From contig CAWJKZ010000024.1 in NCBI GenBank assembly GCA_963843575.1, positions 384,001 through 448,000 on the forward strand: a DNA stretch of 64,000 nucleotides, given 5' to 3'. The notes beneath the pieces were generated by a model that saw only the letters and a list, made by a program, of their open reading frames with translations, ran no database searches and had not been told where the DNA came from. Of the stretch, positions 9,104 to 17,586 are shown one piece after another (the first letter of the stretch is position 1; each line of letters opens with the position of its first letter). A program made the translations under genes and the position numbers. This stretch comes from an uncultured Acidobacteriota bacterium. Its GTDB lineage: Bacteria > Acidobacteriota > UBA6911.

Positions 9104-10378
9104 TCAGATCCCCCCGACGAAGCGGCCGCGGTTGAGCAGCGCCTGCGGGTCGAATTCCCGCTTGATTCGGCGCATGATCTCCAGCGCCGGCGCGTCGTAG
9201 CCCCACACGTCGAACCCGGCCTTGACCTCCGGCCGGACCGTCTCCACCACCATGTGCCCTCCGCTGCCGGCGCAGCGCCGGCGCAACACGGCCAGCCCGG
9301 CTCTGAGCGCGTCGGAAGCCGGGGCGCCGTCTTCCCAGAGATAGCGGCCATACAGGACGTACGTCCCGGCGTGACAGTACACTTCGAGCCGGGCCCGGAG
9401 GCTGTCGGCCATCTCCTGCATGCGCTGCGCCACGTCGGCCGCAGCACGGTGCACGACCGAGCACTTCACCCGCGCCTCCTGCCCGCCGGCCGGCGCTTCC
9501 CGAGCGCCGGCCGCCCCCTGCCAGAACAGGCGGGACTCCTGCGCACCGAGCTCGAGCAGGACTGCCCTCGAGCCTGCGGCCGCGATCTCGAGGGCACGGC
9601 CGGCCTGCCAGCGCACGGCGGGTGACGTGTCGCCGAGCCGGATCATCAGGACCCACGGCGCGGCCGCCCGGCCGGACGCCGTCCGGCTGAAGGCGGCGCC
9701 GTTCCAGGCTTCCAGGGCCTCAGGCAGCAGATCGGCCCGGAGGAGGGACTGTGCGGTCTCCAGCGCTGCGCCGAACGTGTCGCAGCCCAGGACGACGGTG
9801 GTGGCGTCTTCGGTGAGCGGCATGACCTTCAGGGTCGCCTCGGCGACGATCCCCAGGGTGCCAAGAGCCCCCGTGTACAGCTTGCACATGTCGTAGCCGG
9901 TGACGTTCTTGACGAGTTTGCCGCCGGCCTTGGTCTCCGTGCCGTCCGCGTGCACGACCCTGACGCCGAGCAGGAAGTCGCGCATGGTCCCGTAGCGGAA
10001 CCGGAGGGGGCCGCTGGTGTTGCACGAGACGAGGCCGCCGAGCGTGGCACGCTTCGGGTCCGGCGGGTCGAGCGGGATGAACTGGCCTTGACCGGCCAGC
10101 ACCTCCTGCACCTCTGCCAGGGGGGTGCCGGCCCGCACCGAGACCGTCATGTTGTCCGGTTCGTACTCCGCGATGCCCCGCAGCCCGGAGGTACGAATCG
10201 CCACCGCTCCCCGGGGGGCAAGGTTGCCCAGGTGCAGCTTCGTCCCTCCCCCGACCGGCAGCATGACGGTCCCCGCCGAAAAGGCACGAGCGGCGGCCTC
10301 GCGGAGCTCCGCGGTCGAACCGGGAGCTTCCTCGCATTCCACGGGGATATCGTCGACCAGGAAGGGAGCGTGCGCCAA
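9104..10378 (-). CDS. glcE: Glycolate oxidase FAD-binding subunit
   Basis: GGGTKL, EYEPDNMTVSVRAGT, GGKLVKNVTGYD, KREFDPQALLNRGR. Confidence 0.88.
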   Translation of the reverse strand: MAHAPFLVDDIPVECEEAPGSTAELREAAARAFSAGTVMLPVGGGTKLHLGNLAPRGAVAIRTSGLRGIAEYEPDNMTVSVRAGTPLAEVQEVLAGQGQFIPLDPPDPKRATLGGLVSCNTSGPLRFRYGTMRDFLLGVRVVHADGTETKAGGKLVKNVTGYDMCKLYTGALGTLGIVAEATLKVMPLTEDATTVVLGCDTFGAALETAQSLLRADLLPEALEAWNGAAFSRTASGRAAAPWVLMIRLGDTSPAVRWQAGRALEIAAAGSRAVLLELGAQESRLFWQGAAGAREAPAGGQEARVKCSVVHRAAADVAQRMQEMADSLRARLEVYCHAGTYVLYGRYLWEDGAPASDALRAGLAVLRRRCAGSGGHMVVETVRPEVKAGFDVWGYDAPALEIMRRIKREFDPQALLNRGRFVGGI

Positions 10379-10385
10379 GGGAGCC

Positions 10386-11828
10386 TCACAGGTACCGGCA
10401 ATGCCGGGAGGGGAAGATCTTGCCAGGGTTGCACAGTTCGTCGGGATTGAACACCGCGCGCAGCTTCAGCATGGCTGCGAGATCGGCGTCGGTGAAGACC
10501 ATCCCCATGTACTCGTTCTTTTCGCTGCCGATGCCGTGTTCGCCGCTGAGCGTGCCCCCGGCGTCGACGCACACCTGCAGCATTTCGCGGGCAAGCGCGA
10601 TCACCTTTTCCTCCTCACCGGGTGTCCCGCGGTCGAACAGGAGCACGGGGTGGATGTTGCCGTCGCCCGCGTGGAAGACGCTGGCCAGGCGGATCCCCGC
10701 GCGGTCGGCAATTTCGTAGAGGCGGACCACGACGTCGCTCAGCCGGTTGCGGGGCACGACGACGTCCTGCAGGTACAGGTCGCGGGTGAGCCGTCCCATG
10801 GTGCCGAAGGACTGCTTGCGCCCTTTCCAGATCGCCGCCCGCTCTTCCTCGTCCCGGGCGACGCGGGTCTCCGTGCAGTTGTGGGCGCGGCAGATCGCAA
10901 TGACGCGGTCCGCCTGGCTCTCCAGCGAGGCGGCCAGCCCGTCGAGTTCGACGATGAGCACGGCCTCGGCGTCGGTTGGGAGCCCGGCGCGGTTCACCGA
11001 AGCTTCGACGGCCACGATGGTGCGGTGATCCATCATCTCGAGGGCCGCGGGGATGATGCCGCCGGCGATGATCCCCGAGACTGCGTCGCAGGCGTCTTTC
11101 ATGCTGGCAAAGGCGGCGAGCAGCGTCTTGACCGCCTGCGGGAGCCGGGTCAGCTTCATCCCCGCCAGGGTGGCGATTCCGAACGTCCCCTCCGATCCGA
11201 CGAAGACGCCGACGAGATCGTAGCCCGGACAGTCGGCGGCGAGGCTGCCGAGCGCGCAGGCGTCACCCCAGGGTAGGACCACCTCCAGGCTCACGATGTG
11301 GTTCGTGGTCATGCCGTACTTGAAGCAGTGCGGGCCGCCGGCGTTTTCCGCCAGGTTTCCGCCGAGCGTGCTGACCATCTGGCTCGAGGGGTCGGGCGCG
11401 AAGTAGTAGCCGCGCGCCTCGGTGGCGCGCGACAGCTCGATGTTGACGAGCCCGGGCTCCGCGAGGGCCTGACGGCCGTCGTAGTCGATCTGCCGGATCG
11501 CCTTCATGCGCGACAACTCCAGCACTACACCGCCGAGACGGGCCACGGCGCCCCCGCTCAAACCCGTGCCGGCGCCCCGGGGGACGAACGGGATCCCATG
11601 GCGGACGGCCGTGCGCACCGCGGCGACGACCTGGTCGAGGTCGGCAACCATCAGCACCGCGTCGGGGGTGTGCCGGTGAAAGGCGAACCCGTCGCACTCG
11701 TACGCCATCGTCTGCTCGGGCTCGGCAAGGACGTTTTCCGTCCCCACGATGGCGCGGAATTCGTCGAGGATCTGCGGCGTCAGCGGGGTGAGGCGGCGCG
11801 GCTGCGGCCCTTCGAGGCGCGTGTCCAT
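10386..11828 (-). CDS. glcD: Glycolate oxidase subunit (FAD-linked oxidase)
   Basis: PRGAGTGLSGG, PDPSSQ, NAGGPHCFKYG, HAGDGNIHP, SGEHGIG; a minus-strand TATAAT at 11839-11844 favours the start at 11828. Confidence 0.92.
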   Translation of the reverse strand: MDTRLEGPQPRRLTPLTPQILDEFRAIVGTENVLAEPEQTMAYECDGFAFHRHTPDAVLMVADLDQVVAAVRTAVRHGIPFVPRGAGTGLSGGAVARLGGVVLELSRMKAIRQIDYDGRQALAEPGLVNIELSRATEARGYYFAPDPSSQMVSTLGGNLAENAGGPHCFKYGMTTNHIVSLEVVLPWGDACALGSLAADCPGYDLVGVFVGSEGTFGIATLAGMKLTRLPQAVKTLLAAFASMKDACDAVSGIIAGGIIPAALEMMDHRTIVAVEASVNRAGLPTDAEAVLIVELDGLAASLESQADRVIAICRAHNCTETRVARDEEERAAIWKGRKQSFGTMGRLTRDLYLQDVVVPRNRLSDVVVRLYEIADRAGIRLASVFHAGDGNIHPVLLFDRGTPGEEEKVIALAREMLQVCVDAGGTLSGEHGIGSEKNEYMGMVFTDADLAAMLKLRAVFNPDELCNPGKIFPSRHCRYL

Positions 11829-11972
11829 AAGAGGGCGCATTATAGCGAAATAACGCGCCGGTCACCACCGGCACGGTATTTCGCCCGAGCGGCGGTCTGA
11901 TGTATAATCCGCCGCGAAAAGGTCTCAGTAAGAGCTTGGCCGCAAACTGGTTTTCCCAGGGAAGGGAAGGCA

Positions 11973-12845
11973 ATGATGCCCGTGACGCGCAGGAAGAGAC
12001 GCGACGAGATCAAGGTCGCCATCGCTCCTTTCCGGAGCCTCGCGGACTACAACACCTGTGTGGACATCCAGCGCGAAGTCTGGCGCTTCGAAGACATCGA
12101 CGTCACCCCGGTCTCACTGCTGCTGGCGACGGAACACTGCGGCGGGATCTCGCTGGGCGCCTTCAACAGCCTCGGGGAAATGGTTGGGTTCGTCAGCAGC
12201 ATGCTCGGTTCCGACAACGGACGGCTGCTGCAACACTCGCACATGCTCGCGGTCCGGCTCGCCTACCGCAACTTCGACGTGGGCTACAAGCTGAAGCTGG
12301 CCCAGCGCAAGGAAGCGCTGCGCCGCAAGATCGGCCTGATCACGTGGACCTTCGACCCCATGCAGCCGCTGAATGCCTACTTCAATCTGGGGAAGCTGGG
12401 GGCCTGGGCAAGCGCCTACGAAGAGAACTTCTACGGCGAGTCGACGAGCGCGCTCCACCGCGGGCTGCCGACCGACCGCTTCGTCACCCGGTGGGACTTG
12501 GCGGACCCGGCCGTCGAGAATCGGCTCGAAGCCGGGCCGCCGCACCACGACCTGCGCAAGGAACTGAAAAAATACTCGATCGTCAACCGGCTCGAGGAGG
12601 TCGCCCCCGGGATGACCACGTCCTCGCCCCTGAAGCTGAACTGCACCGATAAGGAGCTCCTCTTCGAGGTGCCGTACAACCTCCCCGACATCAAGAACCG
12701 CAATCTCGGAGTGGCGCTCGAGTGGCAGGGGAAAATGCGCCAGCTGTTCCGCCACTACTTCAAACGGGGCTACGCCGCCACCGATTTCTGGGTTGCCGAG
12801 GAAGAGGGTCATCTCCGCGCCTTCTACCTTCTCGAAAAGCGCTGA
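11973..12845 (+). CDS. GNAT-family acyltransferase (COG3375-like)
   Basis: QREVW, HSHMLAV, KLKLAQR, WTFDPMQPLNAYFNLGKLG, NFYG, LPTDRF; TATAAT at 11903-11908. Confidence 0.85.
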   Translation: MMPVTRRKRRDEIKVAIAPFRSLADYNTCVDIQREVWRFEDIDVTPVSLLLATEHCGGISLGAFNSLGEMVGFVSSMLGSDNGRLLQHSHMLAVRLAYRNFDVGYKLKLAQRKEALRRKIGLITWTFDPMQPLNAYFNLGKLGAWASAYEENFYGESTSALHRGLPTDRFVTRWDLADPAVENRLEAGPPHHDLRKELKKYSIVNRLEEVAPGMTTSSPLKLNCTDKELLFEVPYNLPDIKNRNLGVALEWQGKMRQLFRHYFKRGYAATDFWVAEEEGHLRAFYLLEKR

Positions 12846-12883
12846 AGAACTTCGAGCTTCTTTGAGTCCTTTGAGCCTGCGAG

Positions 12884-14494
12884 GTGACCTTGCAGTTTCC
12901 CGTCAGACTAATACCGCCCTTGCTCTCCATCCTGCTGGCTGCGGCATTCGCGCAGGCCGCGGAGCTGCCGGCCGTGGTCCTGCTCGGCGACTCGGCGCGG
13001 CCCGGCTACGCCGACGCCGTCGCGCGGCTCCTTCAGGGCCGGGCCAGGGTGATCGTACCCGAACCTGGCGACGGCGATGGCTGGGCCTCCGGGAAACCCG
13101 CGCTCATTCACTTCCAGATCGGGCCGCCGGGCTCGATTCCCCTGCCCGAGTACGAGTCGAGGCTGCGACGGAACCTCGCGAGGCTGCGGGGGATCCCGGG
13201 CGCCGCCCTGGTGTGCGCCACCTCGCCCCCGGTCGGTGCCGACTCGGAGGTGCGGCGCTATAACGAGGCTGCAGCGCGCATCATCGTGGACGCCGGCGTG
13301 CCGGTGCACGACCTTTACGCGCTGGCGGAAGCACACGGAGCGGCCCGCGACGAGGCCCTGGGCGAGGCGGTTGCGGACTGCGTCGTCCGCCACCTCACGA
13401 TCGCGTCATATCGCCCGCTGCCGGCCGCGCCGTCCGGGCCGGAAGCTGCGAGCGTCTACAGGGAATCCGAGGTGGGTCGCGACGCCCTCGTGCCGGAGTA
13501 CTACAAGCGCATGGAGTTCGGGGAATTCGCGGTGCCGCAGTCGGCTTCTGCATGGGAGGAGAGGAGGCCGTCGGTCCTCAAATCGGTGCTCGAATCCCTC
13601 GGCGACCTGCCGCCGCGGCCGGCGCCGGTGCGGGCGCGAGTGGTCTCCGTCGAGCTGCGGCGGGATTTCCGCCTGGAAAAGGTGCGGATCGGCAACGGCG
13701 GGGAAGGCGAAATTTCGTCGCTTCTGCTGATCCCGAACAAGCTCGCGGGGCCAGCCCCAGCCGTCCTGTGGCTGCACTCGTCGACCCCGGACCACACCCA
13801 GATCATCATCCCCGGTACCAACGGCGGCGAGGAATCGCTCGGCGAAGCGTTTCTCCGAGCGGGCTACGTGGTTCTCTCCCCCGACGCCTTCTGGCATGGC
13901 GACCGGGTCGGCACCGGGCCGGCGGGGAAGTCCGAGACCGGTAGGGACGAGCAGGAAAGCCTTTTCAAGCTGCACCTCTGGCTGGGCCGCACGCTCTGGG
14001 GCATGTTCGTGCGCGACGATCAGGTGGCGTTGGACTACCTGGTCAGCCGGCCTGAAGTGGACCGGTCGCGCATCGGGACGACGGGCATGAGCATGGGGAG
14101 CACGCGTGCGTGGTGGCTGGCCGCCGTCGACGACCGCATCGCGGCCGCCGTGGGGGTTGCCTGCTTCACCCGGTACCAGAACCTGATCGCCCACGGCCAG
14201 CTGCGGCAGCACGGCGTGTACTACTTCACCGACGGACTGCTGCGTCACTTCGACACGGAAGGGGTCCTGGCCCTCATCGCGCCCCGGCCGTTCCTCGCCT
14301 TGACCGGCGACCTTGACGCGGGTTCTCCCGTCGACGGCATCCGCGTCCTCGAGGATCGGGTTGGGCGCACGTACGGCGCGCTCGGCGCGCGCGAGCGCTT
14401 CCGGAGCGTCGTCTACCCGGAGCTGGGGCATTCCTTCACCCCGGCGATGCGGGCCGAGCTGCTGGCGTGGTTTGACCGCTGGCTGAGGCGATGA
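12884..14494 (+). CDS. Secreted fusion of a degenerate SGNH domain and an alpha/beta hydrolase (dienelactone hydrolase/acetyl esterase-like)
   Basis: Signal peptide, VVLLGDS, nucleophile elbow GMSMGS, LIAPRPFL, GHSF. Confidence 0.8.
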   Translation: MTLQFPVRLIPPLLSILLAAAFAQAAELPAVVLLGDSARPGYADAVARLLQGRARVIVPEPGDGDGWASGKPALIHFQIGPPGSIPLPEYESRLRRNLARLRGIPGAALVCATSPPVGADSEVRRYNEAAARIIVDAGVPVHDLYALAEAHGAARDEALGEAVADCVVRHLTIASYRPLPAAPSGPEAASVYRESEVGRDALVPEYYKRMEFGEFAVPQSASAWEERRPSVLKSVLESLGDLPPRPAPVRARVVSVELRRDFRLEKVRIGNGGEGEISSLLLIPNKLAGPAPAVLWLHSSTPDHTQIIIPGTNGGEESLGEAFLRAGYVVLSPDAFWHGDRVGTGPAGKSETGRDEQESLFKLHLWLGRTLWGMFVRDDQVALDYLVSRPEVDRSRIGTTGMSMGSTRAWWLAAVDDRIAAAVGVACFTRYQNLIAHGQLRQHGVYYFTDGLLRHFDTEGVLALIAPRPFLALTGDLDAGSPVDGIRVLEDRVGRTYGALGARERFRSVVYPELGHSFTPAMRAELLAWFDRWLRR

Positions 14495-14529
14495 TTTTTC
14501 TGGTGGTAGGGAGTTGTGAAGTGAGTTCG

Positions 14530-14772
14530 GGAAAAAGAAATGGTCGCTGTTGATCCCGTTTCCTTGACCCGATGCTTTCGGAATCCTCTCACCCGTTGCC
14601 CGGGTTCGAGTTTGGGTCGGCGGGAGCTACCCTTTGCCGGAGCTTTCTTCCGGCAATCCCGGCCGGCTTCGACGCCTGCCGGTTCCGACCTCCTAGTGCA
14701 ACGAACAAACCTGTTAAGCCCGTCCGTCGCCCTTCAACCGGTGTTCAAGGTCACGCAAATCACAGCGACCAT
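14530..14772 (-). ncRNA. Structured ~235-nt ncRNA, probable 6S RNA
   Basis: 11-bp closing stem (14540-14550 with 14762-14772), CCTTGA/TCAAGG stem, central bubble, upstream promoter, 3' T-rich tail. Confidence 0.6.
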
Positions 14773-14776
14773 GCTC

Positions 14777-14805
14777 ATAATGCCCCTGCGGCGCGAAACC
14801 GTCAA
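14777..14805 (-). promoter_or_regulatory. sigma70 promoter for the ncRNA
   Basis: TTGACG-N17-CATTAT on the minus strand, ending 4 nt before the closing stem. Confidence 0.6.
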
Positions 14806-14826
14806 CAGCATTTCTTTCAGCAAAAG

Positions 14827-14835
14827 TTATCCACA
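14827..14835 (+). promoter_or_regulatory. Consensus DnaA box
   Basis: TTATCCACA in an AT-rich patch just upstream of the ncRNA promoter. Confidence 0.45.
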
Positions 14836-14925
14836 GGATATGTGTGGCTAATATCGAGAGATCGGGACCCGGGCCCCAGCGCCTGAGTTTCCATTCCGGG
14901 AAACTCCAGAATTTCACGTTAATCT

Positions 14926-15042
14926 GGAGTGCGGCGCCTCGGCGCGCTTTGGTGATGGCGCCTCGGCGCCACATCCAGGCAACTCGCTGAGGCATCGGGC
15001 ATTCCGGCCGCAGGAACAGGCGGCGTCGAGCCGCCGCACTCC
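14926..15042. repeat. REP/REPIN-like inverted repeat pair
   Basis: GGAGTGCGGCG (14926-14936) and CGCCGCACTCC (15032-15042), with internal GGCGCCTCGGCGC duplicates. Confidence 0.5.
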
Positions 15043-15179
15043 GCAATCAATCGTCGGACAGCCTCTCCGGCTCGGACCTGCTGGAATTTTCGGGCAAGGT
15101 AAGGGGCTCCATCCAGCCCGATCCGGATGGTGGATTTGCTTGACTTCGCGCAGGGTGGTCTGTAAGCTTTCCCCCGTGT

Positions 15180-15256
<77 letters not shown>

Positions 15257-15337
15257 ACGGATTCATAAAGCACAACGTCATAAAGCTAATATCCACAGGG
15301 GGCTGCGAAGTCCCCTGATTTGTTTTGGGCAGCGTTT

Positions 15338-16246
15338 TCACTGCACCACCGACTCCTTCGGCACCGTTTCTACCACAGATCTACCACAAGTCCCGGCGAA
15401 CACTTTTCCTAGCACTTCCGCCGTATGGTTCATCTGATCGCGATCGACGTGAGTGTAGATGTCTCCCGTCGTCGCGACGTTGGAATGACCGAGTAGGCTC
15501 TGTGCCAGCTTAAGGCTGCCTGTCTCTTTGTGGATGATGCTGCCGGCCAGGTGCCGAAACATATGAGCGCCCGACGCCCGCTTCTGGAATGGCACGCCGG
15601 CCTTTTCCATGGAAGGAGTGATGCCCAGCTTCCTGAACGAATCAGGGTCCATCGGTGTTCCGTCCTCCTGGCAGAAGACGAAATCGTCAGGGCCCGTGAA
15701 TCTTGAGTCAGCCCGATGCTTCAGTAAAAAGTGGGACAGCTCCTCGGGCATTGCGAGATCCCGCCTGCTGGCCTCAGTCTTCAGCTCCCCGACTTGCTTC
15801 TTCCAGACCTTTTCCCGAACGAAGATTCTCTTGCCGAGAAAGTCCCGATGACGCCACCGGAGTCCCCGAAGTTCGCTCAGTCGGACACCTGTCATCGCGA
15901 CCGTGGCGATTGCCGTCTTAAACGGGGGTTCCGCTGCTTCAAGTATGGCTCGACCCTGTTCAGGGCTGATATGAGCTTTCTCCTTCTTGCGAACCTTCGG
16001 GCGATGCACCTTCGCCCTTAAGGGCATTTTGCTCATCAGGTCGTTGTCGACAGCAACTTCCAGCATGAGCTTCAATAGCCCGTAGATGTTCAGGCGGTAG
16101 TGTTCGCTCAGCCCTAGCTTGGTCAACCGGCTCATAAACTCCGAGCTATCGGTCGGCTGGATCTCGTCGAGAACACGGTCCCCCCAATAGGGCAGGATGT
16201 GCTTCTTGAGCATCGCGTTATTCCCGTTGATCGTGGATGGCTGCAT
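15338..16246 (-). CDS. Tyrosine recombinase/integrase, N-terminally truncated
   Basis: Catalytic set TGVRLSEL(R), LKT(K), HMFRH, LLGH, DIY(Y); no N-terminal arm-binding domain. Confidence 0.9.
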   Translation of the reverse strand: MQPSTINGNNAMLKKHILPYWGDRVLDEIQPTDSSEFMSRLTKLGLSEHYRLNIYGLLKLMLEVAVDNDLMSKMPLRAKVHRPKVRKKEKAHISPEQGRAILEAAEPPFKTAIATVAMTGVRLSELRGLRWRHRDFLGKRIFVREKVWKKQVGELKTEASRRDLAMPEELSHFLLKHRADSRFTGPDDFVFCQEDGTPMDPDSFRKLGITPSMEKAGVPFQKRASGAHMFRHLAGSIIHKETGSLKLAQSLLGHSNVATTGDIYTHVDRDQMNHTAEVLGKVFAGTCGRSVVETVPKESVVQ

Positions 16247-16429
16247 CCCTCGGTTCTCAGTGTCCTTGCGGCAAGGGTGCGGGATCTTTAGAAGCGAGCG
16301 CGGGGGAAAGTTTCAGTCGATCAGCTGCAGGCCGCCGTCGCCCTGACTGCAAAGCCATCGCTCCAGGTATTCCTCCACCGCCTGGCGCCCGCCCTGCGCG
16401 ATCACGATGTCGAGCAGTTCCGGAACGTG

Positions 16430-17586
16430 TCAATGATTTTGAGACACCTGAAACTCGAAATTAGTGTCGTTTTTTATCGCTCGAACTGCATCGTTTAACA
16501 GCCCAGCCTCTGAAAATCGTGGACCCCGCATCAACCCTGGTTCTGCAACTCCGACCATCGATCCCATGTTGCCGCTTATGGAAATCTCAATGCCTTCCGG
16601 CTTGTCCTTTGGTTTGTTGATCCAGGCCGCTTCCGGCAATGTCGGTGGCACTCGGCGTTCCACGGACGAAACGTTCCGGATGGGCGTCAAGCGCCGAAGA
16701 AAGAACGATCCGCCGTTGGCTGGTCACCAGCTCGGCTTTGCCATAATGAACCATTTCCGGAGTCAGCAGTCCGATGCCGCTGTGGCGATGTTCGCAGTTG
16801 TACCAGGGGAAAAAATCCTGGCAAAAAGAGCGAGCATCCTGGATGGAGCCAAAGCGGTCGGGAAAACCCGGACGATACTTCAGCGTCTTAAACTGCGATT
16901 CCGAATACGGATTATCATCGGACACATGCGGCCGGCTGTGGCTTTTCGTGATGCCGAGATCCGCCAGCAGCAAAGCCACGGGCTTGGATTTCATCGAAGA
17001 TCCACGGTCGGCATGAATCGTCAGTTGCCCGGGCAGCACGTTCTGCTTCTCGCACGTTTCCGCAATGAGGCGCTTGGCGAGCGCGCTGCTCTCGTGGGGA
17101 GCAATCATCCAGCCGACCACGTACCGGCTGAAGATATCCAGAATCACATACAGGTAAAAGTACGACCACTTCACCGGACCGAGCAGCTTCGTGATGTCCC
17201 ACGACCAGACCTGATTGGGAGCGGTGGCCAGGAGCTCCGGTGCTTTGTAGTGGGGATGCCGAGCCTGATCGCGGCGCTCCCGGACTTCGCCGGCATCCTC
17301 CAAAATGCGATACATGGTGCGAACCGAACAATGGTAGGTTCCCTCATCCAGCAGGGTGGCGTACACCTCGGTCGGCGCTTTATCCACGAAGCGATCCGTG
17401 TGCAGGACGTCCAGGACTTGCCTGCCGTTCGATCGCGCTCAGAGCCCTCGGCGGCGCAGGCGCGAGGTCGGCCTCTCCTCGAGCGCCGGCGCCAAGCCGG
17501 CGATAGTACGTCGGCCTGGCAATGTCCAGCGATCTGCAGGCAGCAACGGTTCCTACTTCCTTCGACAGCTCCTGGCAGGCAATCAT
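16430..17586 (-). CDS. IS3 transposase OrfB (DDE), frameshifted
   Basis: PNQVWSWDITKL, VILDIFSRYVVGW, HADRGS, DNPYSESQFKTLKY, YNCEHRHSGIG. Confidence 0.9.
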
